Origin: Lama glama
Taxonomy: Eukaryota
NCBI GenBank assembly: GCA_028534125.1
Contig: CM052816.1
Location: 73,038,001-73,102,000, forward strand
DNA: 64,000 nucleotides
Direction: 5' to 3'
The notes beneath the pieces were generated by a model that was not told the origin of the DNA, did not search any database, and was given only the letters and a program-made list of their open reading frames with translations. A program made the position numbers and the translations under genes. Positions 37,931 to 50,794 of this stretch are shown one piece after another. Position 1 is the first letter of the stretch, and each line of letters opens with the position of its first letter.

Positions 37931-39077
37931 GATCTAATACATTATTGGGATTAACATTTCAAAAAAGGCTTTGCTTTGTAAGTAATTTGAGGGGATTAGT
38001 GAAAAATAGGCCATTTTTCTACCAAAGCTGTTAGGAAATTTCACAGAAAATCTTAAGTAGCAGATTGACTCAGTAGTATATATTTCTCACGTTCTTTTCT
38101 GATAAAGCTTAAGGGCATTTTTTATGTCACTTAAACGTATATGTCTTTGGAAAGAAAATAGCTTCGAATTATGTATTGGACCATGATCGATCATGAAGAG
38201 GACTGATGCATGCCAACAAATGAAGCATCCTCGGAGAAAAAAATGTATTTTCCTCTGTTTTTTAGTTCTCTTAAGGAAAGATACAAACTCTTAAGAAGTC
38301 CTTGGTCTTCTTGATTTTAGAAGAGAATGATTCACAGATATGAGTGAGTGGAATCAATCCTTTTAAACTGAAAAATAATGAAAAACTCTCATGTATTTCT
38401 AAAGCAGAAGTTGCTGCTAATATACATGCAGTATTTTGAGAGCCTTGGTATTTTAAAATATTTTAGAAAACTTTTTCATATCTCTCCAAATCATTTGCAT
38501 ATACAGAGATATTAAACTTTCCAAATAGCAGTCATTTATATTTCAGACAAGTACATAGCAGACAAAATGAGACATCTGGTAGAGTCTATAGGAAAGCATA
38601 TGAACTTGAGGATCTGAGGAAAATTCACAATAGAAAATGGTAATACACAGTAAAAATAAACCGTATGTTGCTAATAATTTAGAATGTGAGAAGCACTTTT
38701 TAAAGCTGAGCTCTAGTACATACGGATTTAATGTGTTTTCTGAAATCCAAAGTTTACTCTGATTATCAAAATGAATAAGTTTCTTCATATCTAGTAATAC
38801 AGAAAGTACTTAGTGACACTGTAAAGGGGCTTCCCATCCATCTGTCCCTTTACTCTGTGGAGAAGAAGAGTGAGCTAGAAAAAAGATGGCCCCAACCGTC
38901 TAACTTGCCTTGTGGCTTTGTTAAAAATAACCACAGATTTGAAATTCAGTATGCTCTGTTAAACAAATTTTCCACAAAACAATACATTATAATACTGAAG
39001 TCATTAGAATAACAGGTTCTGAAAAATCCTAAAAATTATAAAATCAGTGGTAGAAGGGACCTCGGAGATTTCTATAG

Positions 39078-39261
39078 CAGCCTTCTATCAGTTGTGGACA
39101 CCTGACCTCCATGAAAATCATGAAGGTATCTTTTAAAATGCAGATTCTTGGGCCCCACCCCAATCTACTGAATCAGACTCTCTAACTGAGAACCTAGAAT
39201 CTGTAGTTTTAACAAATTCTGCAGGAGAATCATCAGACTCCCTTAGGTTTGAGAGTCAATG
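39078..39261. mobile_element. MER5-like hAT-Charlie MITE
   Basis: 'ttaaaatgcagattcttgggccccaccccaatctactgaatcagactctct...gaatctgtagttttaacaa...ggtttgagagtcaatg'. Confidence 0.85.
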
Positions 39262-39269
39262 ATGTAGGA

Positions 39270-39561
39270 AAGTATTGTCCAAGATGGTAGCCATAGACAA
39301 CTGTGGCTATTAAGTCCTTGAAATATGTCTATTGACATACTTGAAGCATAAAATACACTCCAGATTTTGAAGACTGATAAAAAATAACATCTTAATAATT
39401 TTATATTGATTACATGATGAAACTATAATAGTACTGATAAAACAGAGTAATTCAAATATATTATTACAATGAATTTCAATTGTTTTGTTTTTACAATATG
39501 GCAACAGAAATATTTAAAATTACCTATATAGCTTGCATCATAGTTCTTTTGGACAGCGTTA
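39270..39561. mobile_element. MER33/MER3-like hAT-Charlie MITE
   Basis: Terminal inverted repeats agtattgtccaa ... ttggacagcgtt; internal 'tggtagcca...tgtggctattaag...taaaatacactccagattttgaagact...tttaaaattacctatatagcttgcat'. Confidence 0.85.
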
Positions 39562-39896
39562 CTCTCTAGACTACAGATGTTGATAGTAATTTCATATCTT
39601 GTTCAGCTTTACACTGAAGCATTCATATTTTCTTTGTAATTTGTTAGAATCCTTAAGGATATTCACTTAGTTTTCTGTGTGACATCTAAGTACTAAATTG
39701 TGTTCTTATTACATAAATGTTATTTGTCATAAATGATATATACTTTACTGTTAACAAAAATAAGTTCTGTAAATAAATTTGATGAAATTTGAATGCATGA
39801 CTTGAGCAATTACAATAGCTCTTAAAATAAGCTACTTTACTAGCAATCACAGTTGACTGTTATTGTGAATGAGACCACAAACTGCTTCTTCCTCAT

Positions 39897-39900
<4 letters not shown>

Positions 39901-39933
<33 letters not shown>

Positions 39934-39955
39934 TGTGTGTGTGTGCGTGTGTGTG
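39901..39955. repeat. Imperfect (GT)n microsatellite
   Basis: Directly visible. Confidence 0.97.
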
Positions 39956-39974
39956 GGCACATGCACTTAGTACA

Positions 39975-40420
39975 GTAACCAACTAGATCATCAAATGAAT
40001 TCCATATTCCACTGGAGCACACAGGAAGACTACATATCCCAGTCATGCTTGCAATTGTGTGAAAGTCATGTGATGAAGTTCTGAACAATGGAGACAGGGT
40101 GGAATGGTGGAAATGGTGGAACCACACTTTCAAATATGGTACATAAAACCCTCCCATCATAATCTTCCATTCTTTTTCCCATCATAAAATGAAATAAAGT
40201 TCCAAGGACTTAGAAGAAAATGCTACCACAGAAACATAAGGAGCCAAGCAGAAGCAGAGGACAATGACTCAGAAGAGCCTTCCAAAGAGGAACATTCTTT
40301 ACAGATTGTTGAAAAATTTAACAATAAAATAATAATAATAATAGTAATAATAAAAATAGTGGGATAAGTCACCTAAATTTTAGAGTTTTGTAATATAGTT
40401 AGCTTACCCTAACAAATAGA
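39975..40420 (+). mobile_element. MaLR LTR (MLT1J-like)
   Basis: 'gcacacaggaagactacatatcccagtc...gtcatgtgatgaagttctg...cataaaaccctccc...taagtcacctaaattttagag...gttagcttaccctaacaaataga'. Confidence 0.75.
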
Positions 40421-40664
40421 TATATTTTTAGAATGCTTTCTTTTCCCTTGTAAATGCAAAAAGTAATGTTTAATACTTATTATATTCTTATAATAAAAGA
40501 ATTGCTTCTTTTAGGAAATGTACAATTCTATAAATAAAAAGTTCATAACAGACTATTGCTTATGTCAGATTGCTTTAGCTCATTTTCATCTTTTCATTAG
40601 TAAAATTGCTTCAAATATATCATCTTAAAATATCTTAAATTTAATTATTTTTGTTTATATAGAA

Positions 40665-40869
40665 CAGGGTTTGGAAAACTTTTTTTTTCTATAAAGAGCT
40701 ACATAGTATATATTTACACTTTGTGAGTCTCTATCAAAACTCATCAACTCTGCTCTTGTTCACAAAAGTAGCCTAGACAGTACATAAACAAATGGGTATG
40801 CCTGTGTTCCAATAAAACTTTATTTATAATAACAGGTGGACAACTATAGCTGTAACTTCACAATCCCCA
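40665..40869. mobile_element. MER58A-like hAT-Charlie MITE
   Basis: 'cagggtttggaaaactttt...ctataaagagc...caactctgc...aaacaaatgggtatgcctgtgttccaataaaactttattta'; 8-bp TSD atatagaa (40657-40664) / atatagac (40870-40877). Confidence 0.88.
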
Positions 40870-43804
40870 ATATAGACTGTTAATTATTAAATATAAATTT
40901 GAAGATGCCGAATACAATTATAGTAACACAGCATCTTCCTTAAGCATGCTAAAAATATCACTTATTTTTCACATTACTCAATACTCAATTAAATGTACTT
41001 TAGTCTTCCTTGCTTGCTGTATAAATTTTGGTCTTTCAAGAATTCAACAAGAAAAAAATACGTTTCTGTTTACCTACATTGACCACTTTGGATATCAGTT
41101 TGGGCTTGTCTTGTTTTTTTACTTGCTTCAGTGATCTCTGTTTCTTTACTTACTTTAAAAAAAAAAGTATTTGAGTAGAATTAACAAGGAAGTATATTAA
41201 ACAGATGGACGAGACAAAAATGCAATTGTGACAGAAAATGATTAATTACCCAAGACACAAAAAATTCACACATATAAATTGTCTTGACCAAAGAAATTTC
41301 TCGGCAGCTCTTTCTGATAATGTTGGTGCTCTTTCCATTGTACTATTATTTGTTAAATTTTTGAAATGTTTTTTCAAATTAGTTATTCATCAATTTCTGT
41401 TTATACATTCTGTTTTTATGGAAGCCTGATTTAGGCTCAACTTCAGTGATTTCACATAATTTTTCTACATTGACAATGTTTTGAAATAAAACCTTCAAAA
41501 AGGAAATAAGTAATCTCTAAGAGAAAAAAAAATAAGGTGTAGCAATGTATTTCCATCCCTTGGCTTTGACTATGAATTAATCAGACAGTGCACAGAGGAG
41601 GCAAGAGATGAAAAGATTAGCTTCAATTGAATGACTTCCTTTAAAGGACTGAAATCTAATTTGGATGAACTTTTGCTTTGTTGTGTCAACTTGATCAAGA
41701 CAGAAATAAAACAAATATTCCCATTAGTTCTACCATTTACATAACCTCTACTGTTCACATTTTATGGAAGGTTTAATTTTTAATCACACAGTTTACGTCA
41801 TATATCAAACAAATGTAGTAAGAATAGAGTACCTCATACATATTTTAAATTAGACTCAATTCTAAGACCAAGAATCTTGTGATACAATCTTAAGTGTTTG
41901 CTCTTGTTATGTAATAATAGTTGATCTCATGTTTTCTGTCTGCCGTAAAAATGAAGAAATAAGAGAGATGTGCTGTGGCCCGTTGATTGTAATCAACATT
42001 GCAATAGCCTCATCCGCAATTGCAGGATTAGGTTTTTGTTGCTCCATACCCAGAATGTTCTGGGTTGCATGATCAGCAGTTTCCATTTATGTTCGCATAC
42101 ACCGAATAGAAAAAAAATAATAATTAGCTCCTGGGAAAATATTGTGTAATTAAAAATGATGAGCGAGGCCGTTGACACCTTGATTCCTGGGGAAAAACAG
42201 TTTCCATTTTGTAAAGTCAAAAAGAGGTTTCTTAAGGGAGTCAAGAGTGTTTTTCATGAAGTCTTGTAATTGTCCACAGGCTCCAAGAAACTCAGCAATT
42301 TCGAGATACATGCCCATCAGTGTCTGAACATATTTTTCTTAACAGTTTTGAGAGTCCCAATTTCCTGTTAACTTGACACCCCTTACCAACTAGATGAGCG
42401 TCAAAACTGCTGTCCTCAGTCAAAAAGGGCTCTATTTTTATATTATGAAATAAAGTAGCCAACAATTTCTGACTCACTGAAGAACTAAAGCAAGATTAAG
42501 ATTTGGTTCACCAAATTGAGGAAGAATATTGCGTATTATTAAGAAAGCATCTCATGTTTATTCTTCCTTGGAAATAATTCTGACTCTTTCTGATTAATTG
42601 TCCCAGGTTGAATAGTCAAGACACATCAATGTTCACTGGAAATATTTTGGCACTAACAGTCAACTTATTATTTAAAAGTAATATTGGTGAATTTGGAAAA
42701 GAGGATGATACATATAGTTGAAATAATACTTGCTTTGTTACTAATGCTGTTTGCCTTATTCATTTCAATTCAGTGCTTTTTAATAATGTAATAGTTGTAT
42801 ATATCTGTTGAGCATATACCGTGATATTTCTAAGGATGACCTAGGGGAAAATACTGATATTTTTCCATCCATTAGAGAACAGAAATAGACCCAGTCAGCT
42901 ATACAAATATACAGACCACAAAAAGTACAAGAACCTGATATCAATTTTATGAATTGCAACAAAGTTTCAGAACACTGAGGTATTCGGATTTTATCATTCT
43001 TTCACTAGAAAGGCTCATGGATTTTTCTTGTGGCAGGAAGATTCCGAGAAAATCAATTCATCCATCATAGTCTTTCAAGGCTGCCGTGTTTCAGAAGCGC
43101 CTGTCTAGACAGATTGATAGAACTGCTCTGTTCCTGATTTCCTACTGCTCTGCTTCTCTGCCATCAATCTCGCACAACCGAGATGGCTAAGCACAGGGTT
43201 AGTGACAGTGTGACACAGTTCAGAGACTCCCTCTAAGACCAAACAGATGGAGTGTGCCCATTCTTTGGAAGAATTCCCTCTCGTCTCCAGAATCTTTAAA
43301 TAAAACAGCACAGAAATCTTTCTGTCCCTCTCAATCCCTCTCTCTTTCTCTCTCTCTCTCCCTCATTCTCCTGTTCATTTCCAAACCTCAAAACCCTTTT
43401 TTCTGAGTATGTCTAGGCTCTACTAAAAACAGTACTATTTTCCTATTAGTTTGTCCTGTTAATTTATCTTTTAACTCCCCCAATATTTCCCCATTTAAAA
43501 CAGAACTCTATATGACAGGAACGAGGTCTTCCACTTACACACACCTACACGAAGCAGCAGTAGATTACAGACAATGAGGGGGCTTTTAACTGTTGAAATG
43601 TTCATGTCAGAGAATCAGTGTCAGCTTCATGAGTCTTTTAAGAACAGAGCTAAGAAATTCAAAACACCATCTTCTGCCCTGGAGAGAGCATGTTTAAATT
43701 CTTAATGTCTAGACAGGTTCTGCATACGTCACCTTTTAAATTTGCTTGATTTACTACCCCTTCACTGTATTGGATTATTTCAGTAACAGTAAAAACTACC
43801 CTTC

Positions 43805-43980
43805 TTCTCAATCATTCATTCATTTATTCTGCATAAAAGTCTTGTGCACCTATTATGTACCAAGTATTGCACTAAGCATGAAGGCTATAGAAGTGGGCAA
43901 AATATGCCTAGTTTCTTCTCCTATAGATTTTATAGTCTAGTCAGTGAACCATATGCACATCAAATAATCCCATAGCAGCA
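43805..43980 (-). mobile_element. L2 tail fragment
   Basis: 'tcattcattcatttattc...gtgcacctattatgtaccaagtattgcactaagc...atagattttatagtctag'. Confidence 0.75.
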
Positions 43981-44076
43981 TTCGTGCTAGCTAGCCCTGA
44001 AATTGTCAACAATGAATGATGTTGAAACAGAGACCTGATCTAGTTGTTATTAATGAACACAGTTTCCATATAATTT

Positions 44077-44610
44077 GTGTTTCTGGAAGACCCTGAAGTT
44101 TACCAACCCCACGTCCATCCTTGTCCCATCGTCTTTCTTGCTGTAGAGACTGGTTTGTTCACACGTTTACCCTCCCGGGTTTGTAGGGAATATGAAAGTG
44201 AATGTCAATTGTCTAACCCAATTATAGTAATTCTATTCTTGCAAGTAATTAGTCTAGGCATATTATGAACTGTAACCCTAGCCAAGGAGACATCAGGGAA
44301 AGTCTTCTGAGAAAATTCTTTATAAGTAGATCTGTTGGAAAAACTTCAGTTTCTGCCTTTGACCTTTGCTGAAGAGCTGTTATCTAAAAGAGCTGTAGCC
44401 ATTTTGTTACCATAGGCAAGGTGAGGGGGATCTGCTCAGTGGAGGAAGGGAGCGTGGAAAGATGCAGGGAACCCATGTCCTTGTTGGTATTATTTAGTCG
44501 TTGGGCTTACTTTGAAGTTCTTGCCTAGTCCCTGGGCCTGATTTATGAGAAAATAAGCAGTTATTTCTAAGCCTTTGTTTGTTGCTGAAGTCAAAATTAC
44601 CCCAATTGAA
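44077..44610 (+). mobile_element. MaLR LTR (MLT1K/L-like)
   Basis: 'gccaaggagacatcagggaaagtcttctg...gagctgtagccattttgttaccat...ggaaagatgcagggaacccatgtccttg...atgagaaaataa...taagcc'. Confidence 0.65.
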
Positions 44611-44989
44611 AATAAAAAAATTCTAAGACTTGGGTTTAGTAGACTAATTATAAAATGATAATAATAGAAAAAAAAGACCTGGAAAGATCCAAATGATGGT
44701 TAACTATAGACAGAGATGATGTGCTGGAGGATGGGAGATAAATGATGCTGGTAAGTTGACAAAGAGCATGTATTCATTCACGGCTTTGACAATTAAACAT
44801 TTTTTAAAAAGAAATAAAGTATAACTTTGCTTGATTGTTACAAAAATTAAATCTTTTCCAGACTTTAGTACACTGCCTTCAATGCCTGACTTATAGAAAA
44901 TACCCAATTAATGTCTCCATTAATGTTTACTGAGTGAATAAATGAATCAAACCCTTTCAAAATGTCTGGAGATGGGTAAAACCACTTGA

Positions 44990-45140
44990 TATCAACTTTA
45001 TGAGTAAGTATCATTATTTTCATTTTGCACATGAAAAAATTCAGCCTCAGAGAGACTTAATAAGGGCATAGCAATTGAATGATAGAACTAAAATTTAAAC
45101 CTAAGATTTTCTTATTTAACTGACCAGTCTCTTTTCACAA
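44990..45140 (-). mobile_element. MIR SINE fragment
   Basis: 'tatgagtaagtatcattattttcattttgcacatgaaaaaattcagcctcagagag...tttaaacctaag'. Confidence 0.7.
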
Positions 45141-46169
45141 TATTTGACTAGTAATTAACAGAGTAGAATGTTTTCCATTTTACTTGTAATACTACCACTC
45201 TTTTTACCAATTCTTTGAACTCCTTAGACTTCTGACTGTTCTTTCTAAAGAGAAAAACAGGTTTCCTCTCTCATTTTACTGTTTTCCTGCATGTTATCAG
45301 GGAATATTCTAGCTTTTTTCTTCTCCAGAATGGGGTCTTAAATCAGCCATATCATAGTCACTTGTTAGACTTGGAAAAAAATATCTCTAGATACCATATA
45401 GTGGGTGAACCCAAGAATGTACATTATCTAAAGTCCTAGAGAGACTCAAACATATATACCAAAGTTGAATAACCACCATGTTCTACTCAGAAAATATGCT
45501 GTTCTAATTAAATAAAATTCACCCATAGAAAGAGGAAGAAGTCCATTAAGAATATAAAAAATATTCATGGCTATATAAACTCTCATAAAAATAAATGTAC
45601 CTATTTCTTAATATTTCAAACAAATAACTTGACTCTCAAGAAAACACATGGCCTTTCTGTAACATATTTATTTCATCAAAAGTTGATTTAAAAGTAATGA
45701 ATTTTTGTCTAATTAAATTATACTACCAAAATAAATTTGTTCAAGCTAAAAACTAATTTATATGAGTCTAAATTTTCTTTAATAACAAGTGCATTTAAAT
45801 TAAAGCAAATTGTAGTTGGCGATTTGGCCTGGTGCAATCTTTTTAACAGGGTCACAGCACAAATAATGTGTGATAGTAAAAATCAAAGACTGAAAAGTGA
45901 AGTTACTTCTTTTTTTAAATAGATAATAACAATTAAGCCTTTGGAGTGCTCAGGAATTCTGTGGTCGGGAAAATAAGAATATATGTGAAATGCAAGTAGA
46001 TGCTGTTCCAGAATCCCCAGTGTTTTGATCTTCAACCAATCTAAAATTTACACAACTCATTTTAACCATTATTTCCCTAAATGAGCAATAATTTGCATTT
46101 AATAAGCTATTTCTCAACATGCTTTCTGATGTCTCTGATTTCTCTAGTTAGACAAGAAGACAAGAAATG

Positions 46170-46450
46170 CATTAATTCATTTACGTAGACCTCTATTGAG
46201 TATCTACCACATCTCAGGCACCATTACAAGCACAGAATGTACAAAGTTCAGTACAACATTGTGGACAGAGGCAAATGCAGGTGTAAATACAAGGAACCAT
46301 GTTTCGAGGATTGTAAATAGCTTGACAAAGTCATATGGTGGAATTCGGTTGGAGAAGGAAGCCGAGTGAAATCATTAAGAGAATTTTTACTGGTTAAAGA
46401 CTTAGAGCTTTACTTTGAAAACTGAAGAGATTCTAAGAAGTATAGTGACT
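46170..46450 (-). mobile_element. L2 fragment
   Basis: 'attcattta...tattgagtatctaccacatctcaggcacc...agagctttactttgaaa...gaagagattctaag'. Confidence 0.55.
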
Positions 46451-46924
46451 TTGAGAGGCCCAATGATATGAAATTACTCAGACTTAAAGGTTATGAACAT
46501 AGATTAGAGTTTATATCTTTATCCATTTCTTTCTCATGGCCAGTGAGTTAATCAACTAATTATATGCCTGGGGAAAGTTATTCCACTCTTCCATTTTGAT
46601 ATTTACAATTTATTGATTCTCAAAACACATCCCCAAAGAGACCTGTTGTTCCGTACAGCCTTTTCAAAGCTCTCTGCATGGATAAACATGAAAACATCCA
46701 CACAAAACACATCTCCGTTTTTATCTATTTTACATACAGGGCTTTAGGTATGATTAGATTTACACAGAAGTATTAACTACTTTGGACCAGATACACTCTA
46801 GAGAGCCCTACTATCATAAGATATTATGTCTATGATTCTAATGCCATATCCATTAGCATCTAGTGTCTGATAATCAGGAGAGTGCTTGAAGCATCTGGTC
46901 AAGGACATTATTCTTCTCTAAATG

Positions 46925-47340
46925 AATTACGTAGGACTCTTTGTTGCAAATGACAAAAAAACCAACTTGAAATAGTTTTAAAAAATAGAGAGTGAAAAAT
47001 GGCTCACTGAGTTAGGAAGGACAGAGGCAGAGCTGGCCTCCAGCAGATCTAGACTCTAAGACTCAGATAATGGCATCCGGTTCCCCCATCCTCCACCTTC
47101 TCCAACCCTGTCCTGGCTCTACTTCCTTGGAAGTTGACCACACTTTCTCTTGGTACAATTAAATTTTCTCCAGGCCGAGGAGATCTTGACCAAAGACATT
47201 TCAAGGTTTCCATTGTCCAAGCTGGGAAGTCAGTAAGAGGGAAGGTGAGAGCTTCGATTTCTCTGCACTTGCGCCTGAGTTCCAGAGAAGAAAAGCCTGA
47301 CTAGGTTGATCCTGGGTCATTTGTCGAGGTCAGATGTTCA
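46925..47340 (-). mobile_element. Old MaLR LTR (MLT1K-N-like)
   Basis: 'taggactctttgttgcaaatgacaaaaaaccaacttgaaatagttt...tggctcac...gctggcctccag...tgactagg...ctgggtcat'. Confidence 0.65.
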
Positions 47341-47664
47341 TATTTGTAGCCGATAATTTCCAACCAAATGAAACACATACACAGTTTCTGTTATAGTGAA
47401 GCACAAATACTAAGCAGAAATCTCACAACTGATCGTAAGATAAGAAGTGAAGTGATCAAAGCTCCCCTTATTTCAATGCCTGCCAGCATAAAGAGACTGG
47501 GAAAGAAAGTCTTAGCATGTGCTGGTAGCACAATTAAGATGATTTCCCAATTTTTTTTCAACCTATATTCTTAAATACATTTGATTCTTAGATTCACTTC
47601 ATTAGAGTTGTTCTTAGGACCACTGATTCTTTTCTCCCAGCTTGGTTTTCCACAGAAATGTGCT

Positions 47665-48460
47665 CGTTTATTCATTAGACACCTGGGATGCTGTGATCAA
47701 CAACAACAATGACAAAGCCTGAAAGTTCTAACGCTTTATGCAGAGCTTATCTCCCTTGGTAGAGACACGCACTGCACAAGTAAACTGCACAGAAGCGGTA
47801 CAATTTCATGCGGTGGTAAGTGCTGTGAATGAGATGAAGCAGGTTAAAAGGTAGAACGTGAGAAAGTAAGGGCAAGGACAGCTGCCAGGAGAAATCTTGA
47901 AAACCTACAAAGAGAGCATCCAGGTAAAGGGAAGAGTAGGAGCTGAAAAGTTGAAAAGGGGAAGTCTGCCTTTTTTATGGGACAGGACAAACGCCCAAGA
48001 GTCTGAAACAGAGTGAACTGGATCAGGAGCGCATTGAGTGAGTGACAAGAGAGACCAAGTCAAGCAGCCCTTGTTAAGCCACAGTAAGAATGCTACATGT
48101 GATTACAAATGTAGCCAGAAACCATCGAACGATTTTGTGCCAGAGAGAGACGTGATTTAGCTTCAAGAGGATCTCTGGTTGTTGTATGGGGAATAGACTG
48201 TGAGGGGTTAAATACAGACTCGGAGAGACCAACTGGGAGGCAATTGCTGTAAATCATGTGACAGGTGATGGTGGCCTGGTGGTTTGGAATAGAGTGACAG
48301 AGTGGAAGTGGTGAGAAAGAATTGAATTTGAGATAGATTTGGAGGGCCAGAGTGACAAGATTTGCTGATGGATTGGGTACAGGGTTTGAGGGAAGGAAAA
48401 AAAGAGGAACAAAGATGACTCCTAGGTTTCTGACCTCAGAAAATGAGTGCAAGGTGAAGC
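47665..48460 (-). mobile_element. L2 LINE fragment
   Basis: 'ggtggtaagtgctgtgaa...gagcatccaggtaaagggaa...gggaggcaattgctgtaaatca...gatttgctgatggattgg...aagatgactcctaggtttctgacct'; it accounts for the 147-aa minus-strand ORF. Confidence 0.85.
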
Positions 48461-49454
48461 AGAAACAGTTACCTAGGTTGTGAAGCCCTGAGCCTAACCT
48501 GCAGCTCTCAGTCCAGCCTTCAGGCAAAATTTTCAACTAGGATAAATACAACCGTACAGAAAATAGTTGCTGAAATGATCATTGCAAGAGTACTCTTCAG
48601 GAATTTCAGATAAATTCCAAAGACTGTTTATGAAAACGCTATTTCTGGCATGCACAACTTAGAAGTGCTGTTTTCAGAAATTCTGGTTCTGCTCTTCTAA
48701 TTGTTTATCTTTGTTTAGCGTTTGTTGGTTTGATTGATAGTGATTATTTTTGAATTTTCAGCATGTGGTGACTATTTTTCACTGATTTATTTGGCAGCAT
48801 GTCAACGCTTTGATTAAATTCCCACTAGTTTTTCTACAAATATGTTCTTCTAATTTAAAAAGACCTCAGTAAGGTGGTTATTTACAAGCATTCCACTTTA
48901 TAGTAGCCTCTGGGCATTTTAACTAGTGTATCTATCCGAAATGAAATGCAAGTTTTAAGACAAAAACAATACTATATCTGAGAGAAATTTCTCATATAAA
49001 GTCATCCTTGGAAAACCAATGATAAGAAACATCTAAGATTTCAAGCACACACCAAGCTCTGAGTATAATATTTGACATTACTTTTATATTTGATTGATAA
49101 CATTCTACCTCCACACCCTTCATTTCAAATGCTTCCTGTTGGGCAACGGTTCTGAGCTACACCATGATTTAATCAACCAGGCTTTCCCGTATATAAAGCA
49201 GTAAAGTTCCAAGGAATTGACAGCGACCTGCAAAGAGAACAATAGCATCTCCTCACCTGAGCAAAACAGTCTCAACTTTTATTGTTTCCCAACTAAGATT
49301 CTTAAACCCATTGGGATAACCCCGGGTGGGACAGACCCTTGCCAAAAAAAAAAAAAAAATCAGTATCCATTCAATTACTAAAAAGCAAATCATCATAATT
49401 ACCTGTAATTTCTTCTGAAGTCACATAATTGTAAGTGAAAGACTTATAATTAGT

Positions 49455-49806
49455 GCATAGGTTTGTCTTGCTTGGGAACCAGGACATCTTTTTTCCCTCC
49501 AATTTTTCCATTTTGGAATGGGAACATTTATGCTATTCCTGTCCCATCACTGATTTTGAAAGTAGATCTGGTATTAGAAGTTCACAGATGAAGAGGAATT
49601 TTCTGCAGGATGAACTGCAACCCAATTGACTACAATGATTTAGAGATGAGACTTTGATGGTGGGACATTGAGTTGATGATGTTTAGATGAGATTTTGGAC
49701 TGAGAATTGATGCTGAAATGATTAAGACTTTTAAGGATGTTGGGGTAGGGTGAATGTATTTTGCAAATGGGAAAAGTATGATTTTTGAGGAGGCCAGAAG
49801 GCAGGC
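49455..49806 (+). mobile_element. MaLR internal region 3' end (MLT1-int)
   Basis: 'tttggaatgggaacatttatgctattcctgtcccatcactg...tttagatgagattttggact...ttaagactttt...gtgaatgtattttgca' ending in the purine-rich 'gaggaggccagaaggcaggc' immediately before an LTR. Confidence 0.8.
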
Positions 49807-49985
49807 TATTATGGGTTAAATTTTGTCTCCCCCAGAAAGATATGTTGGATCTTAACCTCTGGGACTCCAGAATGTCATCTCATTTGGAGATAGGCTCCTT
49901 ACAGGGGTAATCAAGTTAAAATGAGGTCATTAGGATGGGCCCTAATCCAATATGACTGGTGTCTTTATAAAAAAGGGGACATTTA
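49807..49985 (+). mobile_element. MLT1B/C-like 3' LTR (5' half)
   Basis: 'tattatgggttaaattttgtctcccc...aagatatgttg...gtaatcaagttaaaatgaggtcattaggatgggccctaatccaatatgactggtgtctttataa'. Confidence 0.85.
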
Positions 49986-50639
49986 AAATTTTTTTAGATT
50001 CCAAACATTTAAACATAATCCCTTAACCAAGCTCTGATTATTAAAAATTATCATATTTTAGCCACATTTGATTCAAAAGTCTAAAAGAATAGAAAAGTGG
50101 TATCCATACTGCTTCTTTTCTTTACAGAGTGCCTCTGATTCACATCACAGCTGTCTACAAACATAATCCTGAGAGCATATATCATATCCCTGAAGTTACC
50201 TTCAATGAGGTTCAAACTAAAATGTAACACATATTTGTAAAGCTCATACTATGTGAAACATTCTCTTAATATGTTTAACACAACCAGATATAACCTCAGA
50301 GAGCTCAAATGGAGGAAGTGAATACATGATTATAACTAAATAGACAGGTGTAAGTTTTCCTGAACCTCCACATCAATCCTGAGATGCCTCTTATATCAAA
50401 ACCAGTCTCTATGGAATTGCATCCCCTGAAGCACTTCAAGTATATATCCAAGGTTAAATTGAGAATTATATAAAAGTAATTGCCCCTAAATATCATAGTG
50501 GCAAAAAAAAAAAGTCTGAGGATAATAATAAATTGAAACAGTTAATTAATATAGATTCTACCATGTGGACATTTCTAAGCAATATTTTCGTGCTTCTATT
50601 CAATTCACAATGTAATGGAAATAAGTAGTAGTAACATTC

Positions 50640-50785
50640 TAAAAAATAAACCTGCCAAATTCTGCTGATAAGGGGGTGGAAGGACAGGAAGTCTCATTCA
50701 TTGCTGGTTGGAATGCAAATTGGTAAGCCACTTAGGAAGAGTTTGGTAGTTTCTTAAACAGCAAAAAAAAAAAAAAAAAAAAAAA
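50640..50785 (+). mobile_element. Short L1M ORF2 C-terminal fragment followed by an A-run
   Basis: 'ggacaggaagtctcattcattgctggttggaatgcaaattggtaagccacttaggaagagtttggtagtttctta' then poly-A. Confidence 0.75.
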
Positions 50786-50794
50786 TCAGTAAAC

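Noticed and set aside
48093..48536. 147-aa minus-strand ORF
   Set aside because: Lies within a decayed L2 element; not a host gene.
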